A stretch of DNA of 52,861 bases, counting the filler, from Bipalium vagum (Eukaryota): NCBI GenBank assembly GCA_037834085.1. It is 2 parts of 2 records of this genome, joined end to end, with 100 filler letters (N's around TTAATTAATTAA, not from the genome) between each part and the next. Parts side by side here need not be neighbours in the genome. Positions count along the whole stretch, not along the records: positions 23,434 to 52,861 come from JBBMKC010028915.1; 1 more part is not named here. One strand, given 5' to 3'. Every line of letters starts with the position of its first letter. Position 1 is the first letter of the stretch. The notes beneath the pieces are model-generated. The model saw only the letters and a program-made list of their open reading frames with translations. It searched no databases and was not told the DNA's origin. Position numbers and translations under genes: made by a program. Positions 27,061 to 39,637 of this stretch are shown piece by piece.

Positions 27061-28629
27061 ATCTGATTAGTTGCATAAATAATATTTTTATAATTTCATA
27101 ATATTCTTCATTGATAAAAATACCAATACTCTTATAGCCCAACAAAACAGTAGATTATTTCGCGAATGAAAATGTTCAATAAACGATACGTACACCTCAT
27201 TGTGCTGATATGCCACCATGACTTCTTTGATGTCCTATCACCTATCACTGATCAACTGTTTTAAAGTTCTGGAAAGAATATACAAAGACCATCCGAGGGT
27301 TGAATTTGAATAAGTGCTTTAAGGATTGGTTTGATCGAATGATAGTGTTTTATTTTTAGTAACAAATTTTTATTTATCCTCAAAATCATTTGTTTGCTTT
27401 TTCCAAAATTTCTCAACTTCCCTCTGTATTATTCAAACTGTTTACTAGGACTCCCAAAATGTTGATCAATAAAGCATTAAAATTGACCTAACGTTTTGAC
27501 CCATTACATAACAAAAATTGACCAATAAACAGTAAAAAAACAATTGATTTTATTGGCGAATAAAAAATCGAAAAATTGAAATGTCAATATTTTAATTTCA
27601 CATAATTTATAACCCCATCATAATTGGTTGAACCACTGAAACTTAAAACGAAACATTTTTATAATTTTATTTTATTTTTATTTATTATTTTATTTATTTT
27701 ATAAATGTTGATTAGTGAAGCTTAATCAATGATAACATTGTGCTAAGTCATTAATGTATAATTTTATGAAAATATCAAATTTTCTACATTGAGTAATCCG
27801 ATGTGCTGAGTTCACGGTGACAGAACGGTTCATTGGGTTCAAAAGCTTTCAAAATGACTGTTCAAAAACATGACCCTAACCGCACCTATAAACAAAAAGG
27901 TTTAACATCAATCGGTTATCTTGCAGAATGTAATAGAATTTAATTAAAATAGAATTAGCTCCTTTAATGCTGTAATATATCTCATTTCATCTTTTCACAG
28001 AATTAGCAAACTATAAAATATCGATTTAATAAATTATTTTTCCTTAATTCCCAATGAAAAATCATTTGCTTGACCGATAGTCCTGAAAATCTCAATTATA
28101 AAAATTTATTTTATAATTAATTTTTCATTTTTATTAATTATTTTTTTATTGTTAATATTATATAATTACTAAAATATTTATTGATTTTAATTAATTTTTT
28201 TTCACAGATATTTCCACCAAAAAATGTGTTTTTGCAGAAACTTTTGATTGATTAATTTATTTTAATTAGTTCTACAAAATAATAACTTTAAAAAGTTTTT
28301 AATGTGTTTTATTTGATTTTTTAGAACATTATTAATACGAATAAATTCTTTTTCATAATAGAAAAATCAATTATGAAGAAAAGAATAATTGATTTTAAGA
28401 ATATTTATTTGTAAAAATAATTTAATGTAATAAATTTCTTTTTATTTTTTATTAAGGTTTTTCAAAATTAAAGTACAATTTTTATTTACATAATTTCTTG
28501 ATTTTTTTTCCATTAAATAAAAATAATTTTTGTTTTAATGTGTAATTAGAAATTAAATTAATAAAAATAATTTGTTTTTTAGGACTTTTATTTTTATTTT
28601 TATAATTTTAATTTTTAAACTGGCTTCAT

Positions 28630-29000
28630 TCAATAAAAATGGTCAAACTATTGTGTCAGACAACGCACGCCCACATGTTACACAGAGAATGTTGCAAAAT
28701 TTTAATAATTTGAGGTACGAATTTCACAATAAACGGTCGCTAACTGATTTTCATTTTATAACCAGCACCTGGAAAAATTGCTTCTAGACATGTACCTTAA
28801 AAACCACGTTAGTGCTGAAACGGCCTTAAGTGACCTCATATTCTTCAGAAGCAAAACCTTTTATTCAATCACCATCAATAAACTTGTTAATGATGACAGA
28901 AATGGATTTTAATTTGATCGATAAAGTTTATTTGTAGCTGAGTCATGACGTTTGAGTTTTCATAGTTAAAATACGATATTATTTATGTATCATCGTAATA
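28630..29000 (+). mobile_element. Mariner 3' fragment
   Basis: DNARPHV (28659), TDFHF, INKLV, and a terminus ending atcatcgtaata. Confidence 0.65.
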
Positions 29001-29675
29001 TATTGATTATTTTTTTATTCTTAAATGAAAAATTAATTATTTTTTTCTCAAACAAATTTTGTTTTAACTATTAATATTTTTAATTTTCTCAGAAATTTAA
29101 AAGACTATATTGTCTTAAAAACAAAAAATCAAGACTTATTGATCTTTCCAAAAATGTGTTTTAAAAATAGACTATTGAATTAATTAATTAATTAATCCGA
29201 TGAAAAATATTTGGAAATCTGAAAATTTTCAAAGTTCATTTTCCTTTAAATTGGATTTAATAATTAATTTTCTGTCAAATTTGAAACACAGGTTAAATGC
29301 ATTAAAAAAAATAATTAAATTATTATTTTACAAAAATCGGATTTGGATATGATTGAATTTAGCAGTCAAAGGGATTGGGAGGAGGGGGCTAGGCTTTTTG
29401 ATTTGGAAATTTTTCGTGTTTTTGAAAAAATACATGATTGAAGGAGATTATAAAACATGGGAAAAATCAAAACTTTTTAAATTATATATCAACTTTTTAT
29501 TTTTGGCACTAGATTCAGTAACACTGATGGCAAGTTGATCATTATTGGTCATCTCTGATCTTCGGATAAGATCAAAAAATACATTTGGTCAAAACCTCTA
29601 AGCTTACGACTAGAGTTAGTGATCAAAGTATCAATACGTATGACTTAATGGCAAATATCACACACATATCATAAT

Positions 29676-31286
29676 TAGGGCCATAAAAAGTCAATAAAGT
29701 CAAAAAAAATTTTAAAGTCAATAAAGTTAATAAAAAAATGATTATAGTCAAAAACGCCAATAAAATTAAAGTTTTTTTAATAAAAAAAGCAATATTTTAA
29801 ATAATTAAATATTTATAATGCCGAAAATTGCAAAATCTGTAATGAGAAAGTCTGAAGAAATTACAAGAAAATATCCGGACGAATTTTCAATTTCTTGTTT
29901 GTGTTGTAATGCAGACATCACATGTCATAAAATGTCTTTTGGTGACAAACATCGAGCAGCACTTAAACATTTAAAATTTCTGAAAAATAATAGCCAAACA
30001 AGTTCAAAGAAACTTTTCAAACAGCAAATTATGCCAAAGAACAATGAGGATTTACTATAAGTATAACAAAAGCATTCCTAGCTGCTGATATTCCAATGTG
30101 GAGACTGCCAAATCAATCTCTTTAAACACTTTTTTCTTCCTAGTGACAAAACTTGTGGATCACGTTTATCAGCCATTTACATTAACGGAATCCAGCGAAT
30201 AAAGAATTATTTAAAAAAGAAGCAGATTTTTTAAATTATGGATGAACAGAAGTTTTGAATTATAAATGTATTAATATTCTCGTTGGTATTCTTAAAAATA
30301 CGGCTTCTCTTATTTATGCGAATGTCTTATACTTGATTCATTGATTAACTCTACAGGTATTGTTCATATTATAAATGATAAGATTCCATTTCTAGGACGT
30401 AGTCGAGAAAATTTTTGTTTATTCTCACAGATACGAGTCATATATTACATGTGCAGTGAAATCTTTGAACATTTTATATCCACACCTTTTTCATGTGACG
30501 TGCATAGCAGATTTCCTTCATAATTGTGCAATGAAAGTTAAAAGTTGTTTTCCGGATGTGGATAACTTAATTGCGTCCATTAAAGCTGCATGCGTTAAAA
30601 ATAAACAACGGAAGCGACTTTTTCGTGTATTGGCCAACCTCTATTGCCAATTATAACATATTGCGGAACTTGGTTGGAGGCATCTTTATTTTACACTCAA
30701 AATCTTCGAGAAGTTAGAGACATAGTAAAAACTTTTGAAGTGAAAGGTATATTAGTGAGCCATGATCAAAAATCAATCATGCAAACTGAACCATAGTAAA
30801 ATCTTATACTCATAAGAAATTGTTACTATCAGTTAGTGTCATTAATTACTCAATGCGAAAACTGTTTTATTTCAATTTAACCGGTCTTCAATATTTTAAA
30901 ATCTCTTTCCTTTGTAGAAGTATATTGAAAAGAGGTTAGAGAAAACCTAAATAAAGGCAATTGTGAAATTACATCGATAATTTCCTCGGAACTTTATGAT
31001 ATGCTTCTAAAATGTCAGCCGAGTACATCAGCTGTCGAAAGAGGTTTTTCGATGCTTTAAAAGCTTTTATGTAATGATAGACAATTCTTAAAGAAAATAT
31101 TAAGAAAAATCTTGTTATGCATGTGAACAAAAGATATGATTGTCTTGAAATAAATGTTATTATTATATAATATATTAATATATAATATCAATGTATCTTG
31201 ATTTTTTTATTTTGTAGTCAACTTTTGTATGGTTAAGGACCATAAAGTCAATTTTTTATTTTATAGGTCAATTTTTTGTGACTCTA
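29676..31286 (+). mobile_element. hAT-superfamily transposon with decayed CGGBP-like transposase
   Basis: Perfect 8 bp TSD ATCATAAT (29668-29675 and 31287-31294). Imperfect TIRs tagggccataaaaa and tttttgtgactcta. Coding remnants: C..C...H....H zinc finger, AFLAADIP, HVTCIA.FLHNCA (CxxH-like), TSAVERGFS. Confidence 0.88.
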
Positions 31287-32569
31287 ATCATAATCCTCCA
31301 ACATAACATATTAAGAAAAGTTGAACTAAAACTTTTATTTTATTTTCTTTCACATCATTCTTGTTGAAAAATTCAGCATTATATTAGGTCTTTCTATAAG
31401 TGTTTACGGAAAAAACTCTTCGAATTTATTACTTATAAAAACACACAAATACTTTAATCAGTTATATAATGTCAGTCGTGTCAATTATGGTCAGTCAGGA
31501 GTGTGATTCCCTGTTTGAGAAACTTTTTGTCCAATCCGGCGAAATACCCGGAACTTTAAAAATCATTTTCACATGTACTTAGACATGGGATGATCGACCA
31601 GTGCAATGCATAGCCTACCATAGAAATATCTTGAGTTTAGTCCGCATTTAAAATCATACAGCATGTATGTTCTAATCATTTCTTTTGTAAAGGGCATCAC
31701 TAAAAATAATAATTAATTTTATATAAAAAAATAAATGGATATGAATAATGTAATTTCATTAAATAATAATAAACATAATTTTAAATTATTCTCATATCAA
31801 TAAATCAAATCAAAGTAGAAAAACAACATTAAATAATAATCAATAAAGAAAACTTAAAGATTTAGTGAACGACTTCATATATTACTTTATTGTTTAATAA
31901 CTTATATTATTATTTCTATTTAATTATTGATTTCTTTGACTTAGTCAATTATTCCGATTAAAACAAAATATCTTTATTGAAAATCTTTTTTCAGAAAATT
32001 GCCGCAATACTCATTCTAATTAAGTCATATCTTTAAAAAGTTTATTTTCAATATCAAAATTTTTTTTGAAAAAAAACTTTAAAAATTAAAATAAAATAAA
32101 TTTAATTTTTCATAAAATAAACATTTCAAAGTTTAATTATGAAATTGGATGAGAAATATTTTAACGTTTCAGCAACTTACTTGGAGTAATTATATTAATT
32201 GGGTTTTTCTGAAGGATGAGGAGAAAATAGAAAATAAATAATGTTTTTTCTTTTCAATTTATTAATTGACTGTTGAAAAGGCCTTAGGAAGCTCAATAGT
32301 ATTCGCTCAGGGAGTAGCTGAAAGCCTTCAGTTCTCATTAAGGTTGTTATGAAGACAGCATTAATTGAATAATGTTACAGCCAATGTGAACTTATTCCTT
32401 ACAATATTGGAGTTCAAATACAAACCAAAAGTGACCAGTATATGAACTCCGGTTAAAAAACTGGGTTCTGAAAAAAGGGGTTTTAAGTTAACCAACTCAT
32501 GTAGAAATTTATGAAAACAAGATATGTAACAGTTTCGCCGGATTTCATAATATTAAAATATATTATCCT

Positions 32570-32790
32570 CTCACCTAAGGTTATCCTTATCCCCTGGTAT
32601 GTAAAAAAAATTAAATTTACACCTTTGCACTAAATCTTTTAGATGCTGTTGTAGCCTGTTAGTCTGTATGAAGAGTCAGATATATAATAAAAGAATGAAA
32701 CAATGTATCTATTGAAGTGCTTTGAATTTATCAATGTACATTGGCCTACCAAAAGTCTTCGACTACCTAGTGAAAACATATTAATAAAAT
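32570..32790 (+). mobile_element. Possible Penelope-like GIY-YIG endonuclease remnant
   Basis: YLLKC...MYIG at ~32707-32745 across a frameshift; short and degraded. Confidence 0.25.
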
Positions 32791-35210
32791 AAGATTCCAA
32801 GACCATTTATTTATTTATACAAGTTTACAAAGGGGATACATAGAATAGTGCATAAAATAATATTTAATATGGTGTCGAATAACCTTTCACCTTAATGACA
32901 GCTTTTACTCTGAGACATACTATCCATTATAGTTTTCAGAATTTTTGAGGGAAATTTTTGTATGAAAATATTTGGTTAACCATAAAAGACTAAGGGCAAT
33001 AGTTTAATTTTAACTATCCTTCAAATAAAAAACTTAATTTTTAGTTTCAAATTCAGAAAACCGAAAAATTCAGAGAAAATCTTTTTTCGGAGAACATAAA
33101 AAGATCTTTTTTCAAATTTAGATTTTATTATTGTTATTATTATTATTATTATTTTTATTATTATTATTATTTATTATTATTATTGCTAAGTTTCCCTAAA
33201 AGTGACTAAATTTAAGTTACAAATATCGATAAGAGGATTCTAGGTTACTTAACATTAACGTATGTGATGATCAGAAGACTTTATGCAGTGTAATTCTGAA
33301 CCGTAAAAAATAGGATAACTGAAAACAAATGAAATCAAATACAAATATTTTTATTTTTAAAAATGTGAGTTTACAAGGGGATTTTAAACGAGAATCATTA
33401 AATCCTTACACAGTTATCCTGTAACTTGTGGCAAGGCCCTAAGATGATTTACCAACCCTAACTGTTGTCTAAATCACAAACAAAAAGAGAAAATGGAAGG
33501 TGGGAAAACAAAATGAAGATAATCCTATAAAATAGTGATTATCGGAAGAATTGTTGATTTTAAAATAAGTTTAAATAATCTGTGCAAACTGTAATAGTTT
33601 ACCAGATATGAAAATATATTAATGAAATAATAAAAATAATTAAAAATATTAACAATAATTAAATAAATTTATTGTTTGCAAAAATGGGCATAAAATATTG
33701 ACTGCTGAGAATGTTCTGGGATCGTTTTTGAATGTCGATTTCCGAATTAAGTTGTCTCTGTAATTTTGAATTTGAATTATTCTGTGGATCGATCTGTCTC
33801 TATGTTGTCCAATATCTGTATTTAATATCCGTATTGTGCTGTGTCTCAATTGTTCGAAAAATTGCTCGTGCTTAAATAGCTTGATTGTTGACAGGAACTA
33901 TGTTGTTTTGATCCAAAGGTTTCCGCACTGACTGATTTTTTTTTTGAATATTTTTTGTCAATATTTTTGTTTTTGAGTTGACCTTTTATATTATATTTTC
34001 TAAGGTTATTTCTATTTTTGTATTTTAATTATTTCCATTTTTAATTTGTTAAATATAAATATTTCTATATTTATATTTGTACAATATTTTTTTTCTAGAT
34101 TTCTATTTTTAGAAACCTGGTATTTTCTAATTTTAATTTTATGTACAATTGTTTGTTTTTTATATATTTTCTTTGATTAATAATTAATTAATTAATTAAT
34201 AATAATAATAATAATTGTTAGGTCTTAATTTTATTAGTTTTTTAGGGATTCTCATTTTTTCAAGTTAACAAAGATAAAAATACTTTTAATACTTTTATTA
34301 AAATTAAATAAAAAGTTTCAAGATCAAAAATTGTCAGAATTGTATTTATTGTTAAATAGTTCTTTTTTTTTGAGTCTCCACATTATTATTATTATTATTA
34401 TTATTATAACAAACGTTCTGGTTTTAAAGACCACATGAAAATTTGTTAAATATATAACAGTAATAATAATAATATTTATAAATAATAAATACAATAATAT
34501 TTTCTTAACATGATATTATTAACAACATTATTTTCTATTAACTATGCAATTATTATTAATTTTTAAAATCTGTTTTACTAGTATTAGTATATTAAATACT
34601 GGAAATCATTTTTATTCATTTTAGAAAATATAATAATATTATTTTTCATTTTCAAATATTATTTTGACAGGTTTTGAAAAATATGAAATCTTAATTTAGT
34701 TTGTTTTTTTAGACTAAATAATAATAAATTATGTACCTTATTTTAAAAATAATAAAAATATTGATTTTTAGCTAATAAAAACTTAAAATTAAAAAATATA
34801 TTTGTATATTTGTTAATATGTAAAATGTTATAATATAACTCACAAACTGTCATTTTAAAATATTTGGATATGTATAAAACAAGTTTTTAAATAAATTTTT
34901 TATGTAAAACTTAAAATAAAATACTTATTTAAAAAATCGTAATCAGTAATAATTAAATAAATTTATAAATATAAGATTTTATTTTTAAGATTTTATATTT
35001 TATATTTAATTGAGTGGTAAAAAATAAATTTTAAATTGTTTTCTGATTTTTTAAAAAATATTTTGACAACTTATATTTAGATATTAAGAAATTTAAGATT
35101 ATAATTGAACGTTATTATTTTAATAAAATTTAAGTAAAACGTAAGGTCAAGAAAAAGTTTGTTTAAATATCCACTTTTTGGGGGTATATCTAAATCGATT
35201 AAATATTTTA

Positions 35211-37328
35211 ATGAGCAATTCCTTGAAAGTCATTTCCATCATTCAGAACAGTTACCCCGGTTTGAAAGACGAATTATTGGAATATGTCGAAAGTGTCTTA
35301 TTACAAAACGCTGACACATTTGAAACTGTCGATGAGATCAAAGACACAATTGAAGGAATTCTAAACGAAATTGATGCATCTAAATCCGATGAAATCGACG
35401 AATTATGCCATCAAATATTCAAATTACTTGTCACCAAAACCGATACAGACCGTAAACCTGTCCTATTGTCCAATCCTATCTGTATTGGAGACATTGTCGA
35501 AAAAACTAAACCTCAACCGAACGACATGTTCCGCGAAGACCTGACCACTGGAAACCGACAAATGTCCGACGAAATCGTCAAGAGAAACATGGCAGAAGCT
35601 GAAGAAAGTCGAATGAGAAAACAGAAAAAGAAAAATGGCCCTGACGAGATTCCAACGTTATTGATCAGTCAACAGTTCAACAAAAATATAAATCTCCATG
35701 ACAACAACGAAAACGATAATGGTACCGCCGGTTCGGCCCTAACCAACATCGTCATTAGCAACTTTGACATGAGCTTCGGCAGCAAAGTATTACTCAAAGA
35801 GGCTTCAATCTCAGTAGCCATCGGCCGCCGATATGGATTGATCGGTCGCAACGGTCTTGGAAAAACAACGCTGCTCAAAGCAATAGCAACCAAAGAGCTG
35901 AAGCTGCCGGGCCACTTCTCCGTGCTGTTGGTAGAACAGGAAGTCGTCGGCGATGACACAAAGGCGCTCGACAGTGTGCTGGAAGCGGATACGGTACGCA
36001 CTCGTTTGCTAAGTGAACTGGAACAAATTAACGAGTCGCGGTCGACCGTCGAAGTCGAGTCAGATAGATTGAACGCCATCTACCAACAGCTAGAACTAAT
36101 TGAAGCAGACAAGGCGCCGATCCGCGCCCAGGCAATTCTTAGAGGTCTCGGTTTCACGGTTGCCATGCAACAGATGGCCACGCGCCAATTTAGCGGAGGC
36201 TGGCGCATGAGATTAGCGTTGGCTCGCGCGCTCTTTTCGCGACCCGATCTCTTGCTTTTGGACGAACCGACAAACATGTTGGACATGAAGGCTGTGTTCT
36301 GGCTGGAGAGCTACCTGCGCACGTGGACCAAGTGTCTAATCGTCGTGTCTCACGACCAGAAGTTCTTAGACGCGGCTGTGACGGATATTCTTTTCTTGCA
36401 TAACCAGAAGATCGAATCGTACAAGTGTAACTACTCGGCGTTCGAGGAGTCACGACAGAACCGACTGACCAATCAACAGAAGGAGTATGAGTCGCAGAAG
36501 GCATACCGGGAGCATGTTCAAGTGTTTATCGACCGGTTCCGAACCTACGCCAGTAAGGCATCACAGGTTCAGAGCAAAATCAAAATGCTAGAGAGATTGC
36601 CAAAGTTGGAGCCACCAGAACGTGAGGCGCGCGTCCAATTCCAATTCCCGCCGTGCTCCCGCCTTACGGGAACGGTTATCCAAGCCGACGACGTATGTTT
36701 CTCATACGAGTCAGCCACTGACTCCCGAAAAGTAATTAACAATCTTGTTATCGGCGTCGGGAGTCATTCCAGAGTGTGCGTAGTCGGTGAGAACGGTGCC
36801 GGAAAGACAACTCTTTTGAAGCTGTTCTTGCGCGAGCTCGAGCCTCAGTCGGGAATGCTCAGGGTACACAAAAATTTACGAGTAGGGTTCTTTTCACAGC
36901 ACCACGTTGACCAACTGAACCTGGCACAATCGAGTCTCGAATTCTTGACTGGGAAGTTCCCCGGGTTCGAACCAGAATACTACAGGTCGCGCCTGGGTCA
37001 GTTCGGAATAGTCGGCGATGTTGCACTGCGTCCGATTGTCAGCTTGTCTGGTGGGCAGAAATCGCGTGTCGCCTTCACCATCTTGTCAATGAGAAACCCG
37101 AACTTTCTCATTTTGGACGAACCGACCAATCATTTGGACATGCAGACGATTGGAGCATTGGCCGAGGCTATTCGGGCTTTTGAGGGTGGTGTTATTCTGG
37201 TTTCTCATGATGAGCGGTTGATTGGAGCTGTGTGCGAGGAGTTGTGGCTGGTGGAACGGACCGGGGCAGTTGGTGTTGTGGAGGGCGGGATCGCCAGGTA
37301 CCGGGAGATGGTTGAGAAGGAATTGTGA
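35211..37328 (+). CDS. ABCF3: ATP-binding cassette subfamily F member 3 (GCN20-like), intronless, 705 aa
   Basis: Two ABC ATPase domains and no TM segments: GRRYGLIGRNGLGKTT, FSGGWRMRLALARALF..PDLLLLDEPTNMLD, GENGAGKTT, LSGGQKSRVAF, LDEPTNHLD. The N-terminal segment and the EPTNMLD / HVQVFIDRFR motifs fit ABCF3. First ATG is at 35211; the ORF track starts at an upstream TTG. Confidence 0.95.
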   Translation: MSNSLKVISIIQNSYPGLKDELLEYVESVLLQNADTFETVDEIKDTIEGILNEIDASKSDEIDELCHQIFKLLVTKTDTDRKPVLLSNPICIGDIVEKTKPQPNDMFREDLTTGNRQMSDEIVKRNMAEAEESRMRKQKKKNGPDEIPTLLISQQFNKNINLHDNNENDNGTAGSALTNIVISNFDMSFGSKVLLKEASISVAIGRRYGLIGRNGLGKTTLLKAIATKELKLPGHFSVLLVEQEVVGDDTKALDSVLEADTVRTRLLSELEQINESRSTVEVESDRLNAIYQQLELIEADKAPIRAQAILRGLGFTVAMQQMATRQFSGGWRMRLALARALFSRPDLLLLDEPTNMLDMKAVFWLESYLRTWTKCLIVVSHDQKFLDAAVTDILFLHNQKIESYKCNYSAFEESRQNRLTNQQKEYESQKAYREHVQVFIDRFRTYASKASQVQSKIKMLERLPKLEPPEREARVQFQFPPCSRLTGTVIQADDVCFSYESATDSRKVINNLVIGVGSHSRVCVVGENGAGKTTLLKLFLRELEPQSGMLRVHKNLRVGFFSQHHVDQLNLAQSSLEFLTGKFPGFEPEYYRSRLGQFGIVGDVALRPIVSLSGGQKSRVAFTILSMRNPNFLILDEPTNHLDMQTIGALAEAIRAFEGGVILVSHDERLIGAVCEELWLVERTGAVGVVEGGIARYREMVEKEL

Positions 37329-37425
37329 TTTTTGTGAGGTGGTGACGAGAGACTCTGGATGGAGGAACGGAGAAGGAGAGGGGACACTGAAGGATCATGA
37401 GAGAGGAGTGTGTTTATTTGATTGA

Positions 37426-37431
37426 AATAAA
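37426..37431 (+). terminator. Putative polyadenylation signal of ABCF3
   Basis: AATAAA about 100 nt after the stop, followed by GT-rich sequence. Confidence 0.55.
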
Positions 37432-37489
37432 ATCCAGTGTCTTAAATCTCAACCATTAAATTTCGTTGTGTTTTTAAGATTTTATCGTT

Positions 37490-38638
37490 TTATTGTCTTG
37501 TGATGTTGAATTTGATTTTATTGATTGTTGCACATCTTTCACTTTTAGTGATCAATAAAGATTCGGAGCTTTCTGTGATTGTTTTAGTATTTTTCAACAA
37601 AAAATATTGACTGTCAACTAAAGTTGAAAAGAGGGTCGATAATTTATCATGTACATCTTTACAAAACGTAATTTAGCATCAGCAATAGTAATATTTTGTA
37701 AAACATATTTACTGATTTTACAATAACGTGAGCGTTTTAGTGGAAGTGTTTCTTTTGTAATAAAATTGATCTCATAAATGGAAATATGTCACGAGATTAC
37801 TTTGGCAAAGTTCGGTGAATTCGTCAAGAGATCGTTGAAAGTCCTGTAGACGTTCGGGTAAGATGTCGGATGGCCGAGCGTGGAATTTTTTTTTTAGTGT
37901 ATCGAAACTGTGTTTTTTGATTGCTGCACATCTTTGGTGCCTAATAAAGATATTAAATTTCATTGTGTTATTTTTTGAAAATTATTGATTTTCAGTTGAA
38001 CTGGAGATAAGATTTCATTTTATTTATATGTTGCAGGTTAGTAGAAATTTTTGGGAACGGAATGATTGATCATTCCTTGGACTCATTTAGATATTAGATT
38101 AGTATTTCAAAAATAGTGTTTTGGTTATCTGCTAAGTTTTCTTAGTAATCTGGGTCGGGAAATTGTTCTCTAAAAGAATTGCGCCTTGATCATTTATGTA
38201 TAAAGTTTTTTGTCATTGATTTTGGTTCGGTTTTGAGCGAAATGACGAAACTTAAATCAGTTAATCAGCACAAAATTGAGCCTATCCTGATTCAAGACTT
38301 TCTTAGCTCAAATGGATAAGGTTTGTTCAAATACTTGGACACAATCGTTAACTTTATGTTACAGTGTATTTATAGTTGATTTAATTGATTTGTCTGCTGT
38401 AATTATGCGCGGCCTTATGTTCCCAAGGGATGATTTGAAAATACTTCTGAAGAAAGTAATTACTGAATATTTCGTTAGAAGAAGGTAAATTTGCGTTATA
38501 AAATTGAGTATTGTTATGGCCACAGTGTTTCGGCTGCAGAATTTTTATTTAGTTAAATTAAAGATATTATTGATAATTGTCATGGGTAGGCATAAGCTTC
38601 CACAGTTTTAATATAGAATTTGTGTTAATTCCTTACAT
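37490..38638 (-). CDS. Putative small spliced gene of unknown function
   Basis: Exon 37940-37801 is bounded by ttattAG and GTaatc and is open (HQRCAAIKKHSF...PERLQDFQRSLDEFTELCQ). A 49 nt intron follows, then an in-frame exon from 37751. An upstream GTAAGG donor at 38636 would supply a split AT|G. The 3' structure is ambiguous and no family was recognised. Confidence 0.33.
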
Positions 38639-38849
38639 GTTATACTACTGTGAACACTTCGTAAGACTTGGATCGTGATTTAGTGTTCGAGAATAATTGA
38701 AAAAAAATCCACAATACAACTTTTTTTATCAATACAAAGGTCCGTAATCCAAATCCACTCACAACAATAAAGAAGTCGATCTCAACTCACAAATGTCACC
38801 ATCAATCGATCAAAAACGAATCAAAGTGAGATGAAGAGCAAATCAAATA

Positions 38850-39637
38850 CACTCGATTCTCTTTTTATGCGGTAGATACGGACCAGAAAAGTCAAACATA
38901 AAAAATCGCATAAAAAACATTTATATAAAAAATGATAGATACGGACCACCGTACTGGAAATTTTTATCTAATGGTCCCCAATTGGAATTAAAAAAAAAAT
39001 TTTTTTTAATGTTATTTTTAGGGTCTTAACTGCAATTAAACAAAAAAGAATGAAAACAAGCAGCATTTATTATTATTATTAGGGCATAAAATAGTCAGTG
39101 ATTAATGTCTGTGCTGGCTTGGGTACATTTTGTAGAGTTCTCGGTAACCTGACATACAAAATTTCAGATCACGTGTAAGTTTTAAGGCACGCTGTAAATC
39201 GTTGTCATTTAATAGAAAATGATTTTTCAATTTGCTTGCCAGTTGAAGGCCTTTGCAAATTAAATTGGCACTAAGTGGGACTGATTTTTCTTCTGATTCA
39301 TTGTCTGTAAAAGGATCTTTGATAGGATCTAATTCCAAACTTTCTAAGATTTCTTTGTCGTCCTGAAGCAATTTTTCAACATCGTTCTCGTCAAATTTAT
39401 CAAAGGCTTCGCCACCAATTCCTTTGGCGAGTGAAATAATTGCTGATGATATGGTTGATATTTGATTTCTTACATCTTTACATCTTCAGGCTAATGTTCT
39501 TTTTAACATGCGTTAAATGGTTATGGTTTAATTTCAGCAATTGCTAATGCAATATGGTTTATACACTTCAAAATATTAAAATCCTTCCAAACATCTGTAA
39601 CCGCATAAAATAATCGGCATGAAAAGAGAATTGAGTG
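38850..39637 (-). mobile_element. Tigger/pogo-like non-autonomous derivative
   Basis: TA-flanked TIRs cactcgattctcttttt and aaaagagaattgagtg. Interior encodes a Tigger-like C-terminus (VWKDFNILKCINHI...GGEAFDKFDENDVEKLL); the N-terminal and most of the DDE region are deleted. Confidence 0.8.

Noticed and set aside
35178-35210. ORF-track start of ABCF3 at TTG
   Set aside because: Eukaryotic gene; the first in-frame ATG is at 35211.
35669-37425. Several antisense or overlapping ORFs on ABCF3
   Set aside because: Shadow ORFs expected from a GC-rich CDS; no recognisable motifs.
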